Below, in pieces: positions 13,788 through 27,371 of a stretch of 64,000 nucleotides of DNA (positions are counted from its first letter, which is position 1; each line of letters opens with the position of its first letter). The stretch lies in assembly GCF_006345805.1 (NCBI RefSeq), contig NC_043000.1, forward strand, positions 48,732,001-48,796,000, written 5' to 3'. The notes under the pieces are model-generated. The model ran no database searches, was not told the origin of the DNA, and saw only the letters and a program-made list of their open reading frames with translations. Origin of the DNA: Octopus sinensis (Eukaryota). Made by a program: the position numbers and the translations under genes.

Positions 13788-14768
13788 TACGACTCTTAAA
13801 TATTGAACAAATACTTCCATTGTGTTTCGCAAAAGAACGGCTTGCAGCACTGAAGAATGTAAATTACCAAATGACAACAGATCAAATTAAATTTTAGCAG
13901 ATATTTTTAAACATTTTTTTTTTTATTTTAATGATGTGAATGAACTGTCATGAGCTTATATAGTTTTTGTTTTATATTCATACTGCTAAAAATGGCATTT
14001 TTTAAAGGAACATTGAGGTGGGGGGACATGTTCATTAATAGTCATTTATCATGTGTATTGGTTATTCACTTGGCACTAATGCACCTCTTGTCATTGTTAG
14101 ATCGCAAATCTAACAGCAGGCTGCTGATACTTTTCAATTAAAACCACTCCTTTGAGAAAACAGCAGAATTCAAAAAGAAAACACAAGTATCGCTTCTCAA
14201 AAGCAATGATATTCATCAATAAAATGCATTCAGAGTGAATAATTTAATTTCTGGTTGTTTAATCTCCGCATAGTAGGGATTTTATGTTTGGCTATCTTTT
14301 CAAAGCCATGGCAATTTACTAAAATGGAAAAACGCAATACCGGATATTTAGATTTTGCCATAATCCTTTCTGAATTATCATGTTATGGTGAAAATGGTTA
14401 ATAAATAAACTCGTATTAATGTTTACACATACAATATTTCAAAATATACGAACTTCACGCTTGTTTATACTTAAATTTTAGACTCAATTATTTTTCGCTA
14501 ATTTTGCATTTCCAATCGATGGTTTTGTATTGTAAGGAAATAACTGGCATTAGACATTGTATGTATCTAAACATATATTTCTATTTCAATTATACTTAGC
14601 TATGGAGATAGGTTTGCATACATTTATTCTACTTTTGGATTGATATTATGAATATATTCCAGCTAATAAAACTGATTGTAAATAGACCGAAGTAAATCTG
14701 ATCTGAGGTGATATCTCAACCTGCTAGAAATAGCACCCATCTCTTTCAAATTATTCCCTACAGTAATA

Positions 14769-14801
<33 letters not shown>

Positions 14802-14805
<4 letters not shown>

Positions 14806-15160
14806 ATTACGTTATATAATTAGGGTTCAGTAAGAAAATTTACTTTACCACACACCGAACTTTTCGAAATAGCAGCCCAAAAATTTAGCGATTTCCTCTA
14901 CTATAAGAAGAGTCTCCCAGACAATGTATACTCAAAAACAATTCACGTAGGGATAGAGTATACATTGTCTGGGAGACTCTTCTTATAGTAGAGGAAATAG
15001 CTAAATTTTTTGGCTGCTATTTCTAAAAGTGGTAAAGTAAATGTTTTTACTGAACCCTAATTATATAACGTAATGTTTTAAATATACCGTAAATGGTCTT
15101 TTTACATACTGAACACTACTTGGTAAAATTATTAATTAATAATTAATTAATTTTACACTT
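14802..15160. mobile_element. Fold-back element: ~125-130 bp inverted arms (14802-14933 / 14956-15078) between (AT)n tracts
   Basis: Arms are near-perfect reverse complements with a 22-nt spacer. (AT)n at 14773-14801 and ~15165-15186. Confidence 0.8.
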
Positions 15161-16393
15161 TTATTATATATATATGTATATATATAAACAGAGTGGTCGC
15201 TAGAAAAGCGTTAAGTTCGTGAGATGCCGATTTATATTTTCACAAGTTCTGTTTCAGGTAAACAATAAGCACCACAAAGCGTGGTATCATATTAACATTC
15301 ACAAATGCTCAAAACGTCTTCCGTGCACTTCGTGACAGCGTTTTAATCGATAAATCCAAGCCCATGTGGCATTTTGATGTGTAACTTGGGGGATGTCATT
15401 TCAAGCTTTTATGAAGATCGTTTTCAATTCATCAATGATGGTTATATGGCATGCTTGTTATGATTACGTGCACATTCAATAACAGAAACAACGAATCAGA
15501 AACCACCTATCAAAGAGTTTATTGATGATCTTAATTAATGCTTGTTAGTTTTACCTTACAAGAATACATATAAAGAAAACAGAAAATAAATGGAGAAATA
15601 TTGATGAACAACAATTGACTTACATCAATTATTATTTATTAATTCAATGCAAGTAGACTGAATGCCATCAAACAGCTGTTTTTACTATCAATGTTGTATG
15701 GTATTGCCATTGATATGCTAAAATATTTATCATATTTGGCAATAAAACCGATCTGAAATATGGAGTTTCATCAGAGTGATGAATAAATGAAGAAAAGTCC
15801 ATAGAGAAGAAAAAAGGGAAAGTTGGATATGGTTGTAATCATACCATTGTGCTTGTGTATTTCTTTGGGACGTTAAGTAAATGACTAAACTTAAAATAGC
15901 AATTGGTGGATTAATACATTGTAAAGTGGGGTGGATAGGATAGATAAATAAAAAAAATAATGGTGTGAAACGCCAATAGATTTTAGTCGGTGAAGGGGTG
16001 AAGCTACAATAAGGTTTTAGATTAATCATAATAATTTATTATTATGTTTGTAGTACTAATTAATAGTATTAATCGTAATAAAGTGCTAATCGGTAAAATG
16101 TAAATCTTGTTTATTTATTAGTAGGTGGTTAAACCCTTTCACCTGTTGTCTGAAATGAGATCAGCTATTGAGACCATTATATGGGATAAGATAAACAAAT
16201 AAATGAATAGGAAGATGAGGTATGTTGCAAGGGGCCCATGGTTAAACATAGGTAATATACCGGTAGTGTAATGGACACTATCCCTTAGACGGTTATTTTA
16301 AACTTATATATATGAACAAGCTAGGGAGACCACTACAATGTAGCTAAACCTAATAGAAGAGCAACCACATCTCCATATATTATAAACTATATT

Positions 16394-16776
16394 GTGGAGG
16401 TTCAATGGCCCAGTGGTTAGGGCAGCGGACTCGTGGTCATAGGATCGCGGTTTCGATTCCCAGACCGGGCGTTGTGAGTGTTTATTGAGCGAAAACACCT
16501 AAGGCTCCACGAGGCTCCGGCAGGGCATGGTGGTGATCCCTGCTGTACTCTTTCACCACAGCTTTCTCTCACTCTTTCTTCCTGTTTCTGTTGTACCTGT
16601 ATTTCAAAAGGCCGGCCTTGTCACTCTCTCTGTGTCACGCTGAATATCCCCGAGAACTACGTTAAGGGTACACGTGTCTGTGGAGTGCTCAGTCACTTAC
16701 ACGTTAATTTCACGAGCAGGCTGTTCCGTTGGTCGGATCAACCGGAACCCTTATCGTCGTAACCGACGGAGTACTT
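16394..16776 (+). mobile_element. tRNA-derived SINE, family C, full length
   Basis: tRNA-like head TGGCCCAGTGGTTAG...GGTTTCGATTCCC. The 3' domain GTCACGCTGAATATCCCCGAGAACTACGTTAAGGG is shared with 29220-29335 and 54312-54470. Confidence 0.85.
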
Positions 16777-17244
16777 CCATCCATAAACTATATTCTATAA
16801 AATTCTATAAAACGCTGTTAACAAATGCTACCGGCAAAACATTCATTTTCTATATTCTAGATTCACAGTTATGTCTGGAAAATTTGCATCTATAATTGTT
16901 TCATTTCCGGATTGCACTGAAGCTAATCGATTTGTCATTTGAATTGAAGACCCTTTAATTTCTTCCCAGACTCAGCTTAATCATAATAAGCTTCGTGGAT
17001 ATACTATCCTTTCATACGTTCAGTTTCATCATGGTACTTCAATGGTGAGAAACGCAGGTAGTTACTTCTTCATAGAACCATGGAGAATGATGAATTGTTT
17101 CGAATGAACAAATGAAAGAGAAACGTTTGTTGTAATTCTTACTTTAATGAAAGCAGAAAGAAATCCCATTTTAATACTCTATTTGTTTGTAGTATGTGGG
17201 TCAAAATCTGCATATTGTTCCACGGTTTTACATTCATGTATGAA

Positions 17245-17500
17245 GGTGTATGCTTCAGCGTATCGGACTCACGATCGGGAGGTTATGAGATCGATTCCTG
17301 GATTGGGCAGCGTATTGTGTTCTTGAACATGACACTTTTTTTCACGTTGCTTCAGTTCACTCTGCTGTAGAGATGAGTTGCAACGTCACCAATGCCACAC
17401 TTTATCGGTTGTTGCCTTTCTTTCGGACAACATCGGTGGCGCGAGAGGGGAGACTGATGTCTTCCACAAACTCCTCTGAGGTTATGCTTCAGAAGAAAAG
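17245..17500 (+). mobile_element. tRNA-headed SINE, degenerate (V/Meta-type central motif), with a distinct tail
   Basis: CGGACTCACGATC...GATCGATTCC head and TGTGTTCTTGAACATGACACTTT centre. The tail resembles 27740-27925. Confidence 0.6.
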
Positions 17501-17531
17501 TTTCTCAATGCCTCCTTTTTACCTTTATATA

Positions 17532-17597
<66 letters not shown>

Positions 17598-18204
17598 ATG
17601 AGTTAGAGTTTAAGCAACCATTTAAGGGATAGTAAATATCCAATATACTACTGGGTGTCTATCTACGAATTTATATTCAAGTGCTTACTATTGTAGGGCA
17701 ATATCGCAATTGGATACTAGGTATGGGGGGGGGGTAAAGCAGAAATTTACCCAGGATTTATAAGGCAAATAAGAAAATGGAGAGGATATGCAATCAGCAA
17801 ACATCAGCTTCTAACGATTCAATTATATCTATTTATTAATTGATTACAATCATATGTATAAGCGATCCAAATAAACGAATGAAATATGCAAATATATAAG
17901 TAATTAAATAGGTAAGTAAACGAATAATTATAAATGAGTGTACAAATAGTAAACTATTACAGCTGTTTCTACCATGGGATTTCCCAATCTCTCATGTTTT
18001 CCACATCACGCTAGTGATATACAGGGATTTTACAAAGGTTGTATAAACATTGGACAGGGGTTGAACAAAGCATCATCAGAGAGACCAAATGTTAGGAAAC
18101 TAACATGTGGGGAAGTAAGTTGAATTAATAAGATGTTATTCCATGGATTATGATAGCACTTTGAAATGACGTTCTTACCTTTCCTTACTATTTCTGTTCA
18201 GCTA

Positions 18205-18340
18205 TTTAAAAAAAAATTTTTTATTTTATTATTATATATATTATATTATGTTATATTATATTATATTATTTATATTATATTATATTATATTATATTATGT
18301 TATATATATATATATTATATTATATTATATTATATTATAT

Positions 18341-18397
<57 letters not shown>
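18205..18397. repeat. (ATATT)n grading into (AT)n microsatellite
   Basis: Direct reading. Confidence 0.95.
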
Positions 18398-18400
<3 letters not shown>

Positions 18401-18567
18401 GGTCCCGGGTTGAGTCGGGGTTAACCACAGTAAATAAGGTACTCAATACATAGCAGAGTAAATAATTTATTTTATAGAAGGAGCTTCTACAGGACTAGAA
18501 CTGTTTCATTCAAAAGAAATCATCCTTTTGAATGAAACAGTTCTAGTCCTGTAGAACCTCCTTCTAT

Positions 18568-18568
<1 letters not shown>
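18398..18568 (-). mobile_element. Fold-back element with 44-bp arms (18473-18516 / 18525-18568), HHR 3' half, inside (AT)n
   Basis: One mismatch between arms. Minus strand reads GAUGA-UUUCUUUUGAAU-GAAAC-AGUUCUA-GUC-CUGUAG from the junction. Confidence 0.75.
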
Positions 18569-18620
<52 letters not shown>

Positions 18621-20073
18621 TGAAATATATTCACAGGGAGATAGAGCCTGGAATGGAATTGATACATAATATACTGCAACGATGTAGAATATTATGCCTC
18701 ATGTTTTATACTATATCAAGTTTACTCATTTCCACAGTGCTGGTCAGGCCAAATGTACACCATCTTTAATTATTTTCGTATTCAGTAATTATGAACGCTT
18801 AGTTATTAAATATAAAAGGGAAAAAAATCAGTTATCTTAAACAAGGGCTAATAAAGCAAAATTTTAATCATGATATCCTTCAAGTTTTAAAATATATTTC
18901 CATTAACTATGTACTTTTTAACCATTTCGCATAAAAAGGAGAAATATTTTTAACCATGACCTGGGCATGGGAGATAATGAGCTTCATACAAACTGACAGT
19001 ATATGAAAACCTTGTTTTAAGCCCAAAGATAAATTTAATTGGTAAGAAATTAATAATCAATGTGGTTTGATCTTATCTTCTGAGCGATGACTATGGCAAT
19101 TAATTACCATTTTGAAAAGACACCAATAATTCTAAACCCCCATTTTCCGCATGTTTACTTTAGTTAATTCAATGCCAAGCCATGCTTGTTATTAGAGAAG
19201 TGATTATGTTCATAGTTAAAAAGAGCTGAATATTTTCCAAATTCTCCTTCAATTAATTTTAGTAATGTATAGCTGTGAGTGCTTGTGCGTGCATACCTAT
19301 GTTTGTGTCTGTGTCTATGTATGTTTGTGTATGTGGGTATTCGAACGTGTCTTTCTCTATTTGTCTCTTCTAAAGCTATTTCTCCATCAGTCTATGTACT
19401 GCAACCATTTTGAAACAGCATCTTAATGGACTTTAGACATATTATCAACACCAACACTTTGTGTGATACTGATTTTGCCAACTTTGTAAGGGACACACTG
19501 AAGTGTACGACTCTAGTAGGAACAGAATACTGCGTCGTAGTTTTGTTTGGCGTGTCGGGTTTTTCGTGCAGCATAAATATATTCATGCGACCCTGAAAAA
19601 CTATCAGTTGCTGAACTTAAAATTCACATTTACTTCCTATATATTGTATAACTATTAGCGACTGCTCTTATTCCCAAAAATGTAATGTTTTGAGAATGCA
19701 TTTATTTTAACCTATGTTTTTTAATTCATATTTCTTTTTTGTTTTGTTTTTTTAGATAGTATGACAAATAATGCAAAACAGTTTACGTCATCACATCCTG
19801 CAATGCAATGCTATTTCTGTAAAAATACCAGTCTTTTTTAAGACTATCTTATAGAATATATATACATGCATATAAGTACAAAGTGAGATAGGAGTTATGA
19901 GTGTAACCCACTATGGGATATCATTTATCCAATATACTGCCAGTAAAGTATCCAGAAAGGCTAATACATAAATGCTAAGAATTGCAATGCAATTAATTCA
20001 TTTATTGTATTATATGGGCGAAGGTAAAATGCTTTACCTCCATTTTCTTATTTTGTATTATACATGCATATAT

Positions 20074-20157
<84 letters not shown>

Positions 20158-20373
20158 ATATACGTTTAAATATTTGTTGTGCAAGATTTTTTCCGTGAAG
20201 TCGTGTGTTGAAACAGATATTGTTATATTTCGGAATGGTCATTTTGCCAGTTCAGTCAATAAAATCACACGCACTATATATTTGGTATTACTTTGCTTCA
20301 GTGTTATCTATTTTTTACATTAATCTTAATCTTATTTCGGCCAGAGTTCTTTCGTCACACTCCTGTGACCGCG

Positions 20374-20604
20374 GTAAATGAACATTGGAGACAACTCAAG
20401 GAAGGTAAAAGCTCATCGATTCTGTACCAACACGCCGAATAGGAACACGGGGGATCAATCAACAACATAGAAATTAAAATATTGTCCACACATAGAACAG
20501 ATGCAACAATCAGACAAATTACAGAAGCTACACACATAATAGAAAATAAACCTAGCCTGAATAGAAAACTAGAATGGAACACAAGCACACACCACAACAT
20601 ATGA
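20374..20604 (+). pseudogene. Penelope-like GIY-YIG endonuclease C-terminal half, one in-frame stop
   Basis: VNEHWRQLKEGKSSSILYQHAE*EHGGSINNIEIKILSTHRTDATIRQITEATHIIENKPSLNRKLEWN matches the PLE pattern R..EH...S.L..H...H.G...IKIL...RQI.EA..I....P.LNR..EW. Confidence 0.8.
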
Positions 20605-21010
20605 CGATAGAGGATCCCGAAAACATAATAAATACACAGATAAATAAACAAATAGAAATAAATAACTATATATATATTTTTTTCCGATTTATTATTTTTT
20701 TTCGATTTATTATTATTATTACTAGTATTGTTGTTATACATACATACATACAAGCATATGTAATGATAATAATAAGTGGATGTAAACACATGAACAAAAT
20801 AAGAATAAGCAAAAACAACAACAAAAACAAATTACATGAACGTATATAAACAGAAGATACAAATATTACAGGCATCCCCCCATATACACACACTAAATAA
20901 ACATAGACGCACATAGAGATATAAGCATGCGCAAATGAAGACATACAATAGAAATACAAAATGGCTAACTGTTAGTAAGGAGAGACACAAATAAGAAAGA
21001 AGAAAACAAA

Positions 21011-21055
21011 GGACCACTGATGCGGTCACAGGAGGGTGACGAAAGAACTCTGGCC
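21011..21055 (+). ncRNA. Minimal type-I hammerhead-like motif (A9C)
   Basis: GGACCA-CUGAUGC-G-GUCAC(AGGAGG)GUGAC-GAAAG-AA-CUC-UGGCC. Stem II is a perfect 5 bp; stem I is CCA/UGG plus GG/CC. Confidence 0.55.
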
Positions 21056-21494
21056 GAAATAAGATTAAGATTAATGTAAAAAATAAATAACACTGAAGCA
21101 AAGTAACACCAAATATATAGTGCGTGTGCTTTTATTGGCTAAACTGGCAAAATGACCATTCCGAAATATAACAATATATATATATATAATGGTAAGACAA
21201 CATAGGAATGAAAGAGACTTCGATATTATATAAATAGAGGAATTCATCAGTAATATAATATGTGACAATTATTCGGTTGCCATAATAAAATTCCGAGTTT
21301 TGGATGTCGGGGCAGAAACCTGCATCTCTTCAGTTATCGAAGTAATCAAAATATACTATGAAAAGACCATTAAACACAGGAAAATTACTAAATGACCGTT
21401 ATTAAGACAAAAGAGCTATTACAATGTCCGTTAAAAAAGGGAAAAAAACCGAAGGGGAGGAAGTAAAAAGTAAAGGAGTAAAAATGCTCATAGC

Positions 21495-21975
21495 AAACGT
21501 GTATGCGCGCATGTACATGCATACATACACATGCGCGCACGCACACCCGCGTACATGTGCCTATATGCGTATGGTCACTCACACTCGCACGGAACACACA
21601 CATGCGTACCCACACACATGCGCACCCACACATATGCCAAAAATACACATATATATGTAACCATGCATGTACACGTATACATATCCACACTTACACGCGC
21701 GCACACACACGCACAAACACGTGCAGATACCCACACGCGTACAGTTATATTAAAATACACGTCTAAAATACGCGCATGCTATATGCTCACTCACACTCGC
21801 GTGGAATACATGCATGTACGTCCACATATATATGCAACCATACACATGTACATATATACATACTCACGCACACACACGCACGAGTACACATATATATATC
21901 CGCGCACACCCGCGCGCACACACACACGTGCATATACCCATATGCGTACAGTTGTATTCAAAGGTACGTCTAATT
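21495..21975. repeat. Alternating purine-pyrimidine (CA/CG/TA) minisatellite with ~207-210 bp period
   Basis: TCACTCACACTCGC recurs at ~21576 and ~21787. CACGTGCA.ATACCCA..GCGTACAGTT recurs at ~21718 and ~21925. Confidence 0.8.
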
Positions 21976-24900
21976 TATATATATATATATACACACACAC
22001 AGAGGGTAAATCGTTGCCATTTTATATTTATTATTTTTTCTCGCATGCGCATTGTTTGATTATACTTTTGTCGACTACACAGTATGGTCGGGTAAGTTGG
22101 GCACCGTCTGTGAGAAAACAGCACCATTACATACTGCACTTCCTGGCAGTCGAGGCGGAGGCTCCAATATGAACACTCCAGAGTGTTTGGGTATCAATCT
22201 AAGGGCAGTGCAATCTGAGAATATGCACCAAGAATGAATAAATGAAACATCTAGTCAACATTATGGTGTTTGGAGTGATCATTAGTGATGGCGACCTACT
22301 GTTGATTATAGATTATATCAGGTACAGGTGTCACAACCATTCTTAAATCAATCAACAATGTATATAAAAATAACCTTAATTATTCATATTATAAAATTTC
22401 TCCACCTGATGTTGCAGCTTGATGCAAGTCTGCTTTCATCATTAAGCATACCAGTTGTCAGAAGTTTTCATGCTATGACTATCGTATCTTTATTTTTTTA
22501 GTAATTGTCTTACCCTACATTACATACATTTAATCTTGCATTTTATATCGTGCTGTTTCACAGTTTCACGGGTATATTTAGCTTTAAGTTTGAGATGCTG
22601 TCCTTCATATTACCATGTAATTTGGTGTTGAACAACTAGACCTGCAACCAAAATATATTGTTCAATGTGTTCTATATCTGTGCAGCCTCTGAACTGAGCG
22701 GTATTTGGTTGTTATTTGTTATCTGTCAAATGACTGAGAAGAATCAATCGATGTGGATTCAGTTTGCTGTTCCGAGGTATTAAAGCTGTCGTCAATGGTA
22801 TTTACTTTCCTTTATTTGAAGTATATATTCACAAGTTCTATATTTTATCCTGAAAAGAGAAAACACATTGCACCCGAAGGATATATTAATATCATAATAA
22901 ATATTTTAAAGATTTTATACATTCCTTTCTTAAACACTATACTTTCGGAAAAATCACTTAATAAAAGCAATAAATATGTATTACTAACTCAAATTTATTA
23001 AATGAATTGCAAAAATTCAACGTGAAATGATATTAAGCATAAGCACCAGTAACGGAAATTAGATCATCCATAATGTTTTGTAAAATATCTTTCTTACTAG
23101 ATCTACTTAAGCTCATAAGTATGTGGCATGATATTAATATCATGTGCAGTTTCAAATCTTGTATAATCTTTCAGAGAGATGAAGGGAAAAATATGTATAT
23201 ATCTTTATTACTTTAAGTTGTACACTCCTTTAATATAATACAACAGTTTCTTCGCTTTCGGCATATCACATAAATTATAAGTGTGATTGAGGAATTAGAA
23301 CCGATACAAAACCTATGAGAATTTAGTTTCTTACATAAGTTCAAATTACATAGTAATCTAGAAAATAGCGAACTGGCATAGCCATTCGAATCGCGAATAG
23401 CATGCTTTCTCCCTTGAGTTCAAATCTGTCAATATCTAGCTTGCATTTCATCCGTTCGGCAATTCGATGTCTCAAAATACCAGTCATTTACAGGGCCCAT
23501 TTTCTCTCTCTCTCTCTCTGTATCTCTCTCTCTGTATCTCGCTCGCTCTCGCTCTCTCCCGCTCTCCCTCTCCTTCCCTCCCTCTCATTTTCTTTTTACC
23601 TCTCTGTTTCTCTTTCTCCTACTCTCTTTCACTCTCTCCCTCTCTCGCTTTGTGTCAGTCTCCTACACTCTGCTTCTCCCCCTCTCTCTGCCTCTTCCAG
23701 AGAATTAGTTTCATTAAAGAGGCCAAGGAATAAGTGTTCACCTCAACCAATCACTTGTTATTCCGCGTCTATGTAAGTTTTTAAACAAAGAATGTGTTGT
23801 GATAACCTTACGTTTTATCAATCTCCATTAAGAAACCTTTATATACTGGATTGTCTAAATCCCATAAACATTTCGAAACAAGTCACAAAATGCTAAATAT
23901 TGCAACTTAATTCTCCTCAAATCTCATTCCAGACAAAGAAAATGAAAATATTTGATATGCATTCCTAGATAGAGCTTATTTGAATAAGAAATGGAATGGC
24001 AACTGCTCGAAAGTTACTGATCATAGGTTTACTCGATCTTGGCTAGCGGCAGCTAAACAACAACAGTAAAAACTGGTCTCCACAAAAATTCATCTTGTTC
24101 CGAAGGCATACACCAGTATATTAATATAACATTCATAAGAATCTCATCGTGTCTTTCATACAAAGTTTCTTTGAAACAGAGGCATTCAAGACGTAAATTA
24201 TATTACCTTTCGTTATGTTTCCTTGCATTATTTCGCTGTCTCCTCTCAGCATTGACTTCGTATAAAAGTGGAGAAATTTTATTCTTTTAAGATTCTTCTG
24301 ATAAACTATGCCTTCAGTGTATACAAATCAACCACGTACTATTAATACTGGAAATTATTCATTTACGCGCACTATGTAATATTGATGAAGAAAAAAAAAC
24401 GAATATGTAATAAAATAAGATTTCGGGTACATATGTATTCCAAACTGGGTATGTTCCGCTTAATGCACATATGAAATGAAAGCCTTTAGCACTTATTACA
24501 TTAATGGTGCCGCTTGTCTGGAAGCTGGAAAGTATTTTATCGCAGATTCTATTGTTCTCAGATAAAATACTGTTGGTTTCTTTTATGAGATGTTTCATTA
24601 TCTAACATTTTGTTAGGCGACTGAGTATCTACAAAACTTCATAAAAGAGGTAAATAGATTTATAGGCATTTGAAAAGGTCTTTTCTAAATAAGCCTCTGT
24701 TGATATGTCTTTCACTAAAACATTAGGAAGGTTTCAATATCTACATAAGTAGATTAAGCAAGCCATTGACAACGGAGAAGTTCAAATTACGTCACTTCAT
24801 TGCTGAAGTTAACTAGCTTACAACTTTAAAAATAATATCGGTAGATAGCGTCGAGATATGTTCTTAGATACTTCCAATTGCAAGACAGCTATTCTCAGAA

Positions 24901-27371
24901 TGGAGTATATAATTCGATTGCATTTAACGATGCATTTCTGTGATTCACCATACTTTTCTGAACTCATGTCTATTCAAACGTTTATATCGATTGTTATTGA
25001 TAAGAAATGATATATTTTAAGTTTAGTGAAAGAAAAGTGTGCTGCATAAATGAATTGTACAATATCAGGATGCTTAGAAGAAACTAGTATCAACTATAGC
25101 TGAAGTAGGTAAGAAGGAAATATTTGGTTGGATATGAGCAGCCAAATATACGTTTACCACAGCACTAATACAACGCAGATTCCGATAAAGAGTTTGTATA
25201 TCATGTTATATATAATAACATCAGACAGAATGAGTTAATTGATACAATGATACAACAATAAACATAAATTTGCTCAATAAAATGACAATTTACTTCAATT
25301 AGGTTGTTAGTAAGGTTATACAAACTTTAGTCCGGAGGCTTAAAAGTGATATAACGTATACAATTTTTAGCAACAATTTTGTACCTGACAGAAAGTATAA
25401 AAACTATCAATGTTCTATGTGGAACAAAGAACATTCTATAAAAATGCATTTTAATAAAATTTTATATGATTCTGCCTTATTGAAAGGCAGAAATATTTAA
25501 TGGTATCTAATTCCATATTTGTGTACGACAGTCTCTGTAGCATAAACTTATCAGATGGCAGTAACTCACTAAGTTTGCGCAACCGTTTCTATTTAAAAGA
25601 AAGAATGAGTTTCTAGGAACTTGTAATTTTTTATTAAGACTCACAAATAAATTTCGTGTGGAAGTCCGTCTGGTTGTATCACGTGAGTGTGTTCTACATG
25701 ATGTCACAGTTCTAAAGTTCTCTGCAAATTTCCTACTACAAATTATATAGATCAAAGACCTGACTAAATTTGGAAGTAGATACGTCACATCACGGGTGAT
25801 ACTGAGCAAAAGATATATTTACAACTAAATTTTGCACACCTGTGATTTTAACATACGACCAACCAAAAGAAAAGTTTTGCAGACAGTGGCATTAGAGGAT
25901 ATACTTAACAAACATGATTATTTCTTTTGAGATGAAATTGAATACAGGAGTGTATGAAGACACAGGAAGCATTCACTTTCCTAAGTACTGACCATCCCAA
26001 AACTAATGAAGTGAACGTGAAGAAATAATGTTTAAAGAATATGTAATGGGATGAATCAGTCGCATTCTAAGGAATTTTGATGTCTGTAATTTAATCTAAA
26101 TGCCGAAAAGGACAACAAAATGTCCAAGAGAGCAGTGTTGTTAATTTGTTTATGTCAATTGTTATATATAATCAGTCATACTTCAGTGACATTATTTAAT
26201 CCATTTCTCCTCTCATATAAATCTGAGACCTGATTTTCTCTTCAAATACCAAAATAATTTCCGAGTTCCAATAAGTTTCTATCGACTGCATTTGCCTTCA
26301 TGCAGGAGTAAATATGGTCCAGTAAGACATAGTCTAATTAACTTCGTCAAATACCACAGTGAAGGGCTTAATCACGAACAAAAAATCATAGGGCCCTTAT
26401 TGTTTATTCCTGATCTCATTAAGGTAATTCACTTTTCATCATAACTATTTTCAGGAATATATATACTTCCAAATTGTGGAACATCATTTACAATCTAAGT
26501 TGAAATCAACATCAACTTCGTATTTCCTCCTTCTGTGAGTCATAAGTTAGTTTTTTGTAAAAATTCTTTTAGAATGAGATGAGTACATGAACATATTTGA
26601 ATATAATCGAATATAATAGAACCTATGATACAATGCAATCTTAAAGGAATTTACAAGATTGACAAGATTTGAACAGGCAAGCTGTGGGTAATAATGTAGA
26701 AACTGCCACCATTGATTTCAACAGTTGCCACGCATAATATATTCATTGTTCCGACTAGTTTCTAATAATCTCCCAGCGGCCTTTCATCATATGAACTCGC
26801 ACCAACATAGCGTTAGGTTAAAGGACTTATTAAAGCAGTCATTCATAGGAAGTTTACCATATTTCCTAATAAAATCTCTAACGTAAAGTATACGATATTT
26901 AGGTTATTAAGCTTAGAATTGACAAATTCTATTATTGGACATATATTCGAAATAATTTGAGGTTTCACTAGTTATCATACAGCACCTAAAATACTCCACT
27001 TAAATTGCTTTCGTATGATTACTTGTGATATTATATGAATACTTTAAGCGATAAGCTGAAACTTGCATAACCGTTAACGGAATTTGAGCCGAAAATCAAT
27101 ATTTCATTCGTTATTGTACAACAAGAATAACGGAGTCTAGCAGAATAAGTAGAACGCTAGGGACAAATATATTGCAGTATTTAATTACGGACTTCTACGT
27201 TCTGTGTTCAAATTCTCTCAGACACAAACTTACCAATAAGCTAATTGGAAGATCCATCGTCAGTAAATGTAACGGGATGGTATAACTCAATTGTTACCTA
27301 CGAAATTTTACTTCTCTCATTCGGACCTTAAGTATGCCTTACTTAATCTAAAGGACAATTAGCAAAATACA

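Larger units (their letters stand above)
20190..21180 (+). mobile_element. 5'-truncated Penelope-like retroelement with inverted terminal repeat (20190-20373 inverted relative to 21022-21180)
   Basis: GIY-YIG C-terminal coding relic, inverted partial pLTR and an HHR-like motif in the 3' pLTR, flanked by (AT)n. Confidence 0.85.

Noticed and set aside
16394-16470. tRNA-like sequences here and at 1837, 4073 and 62457
   Set aside because: They have A/B boxes but no complete cloverleaf and continue into multicopy SINE bodies, so they are SINE heads rather than tRNA genes.
21285-21340. Minus-strand CTGAAGA-GATG...CATC-CAAAAC, HHR-like
   Set aside because: GAAA is mutated and stems I and III are not evident. 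A single copy gives insufficient support.
24359-25010. Protein-like frames on both strands
   Set aside because: Multiple stops and no recognisable motif. It cannot be assigned without BLASTx.
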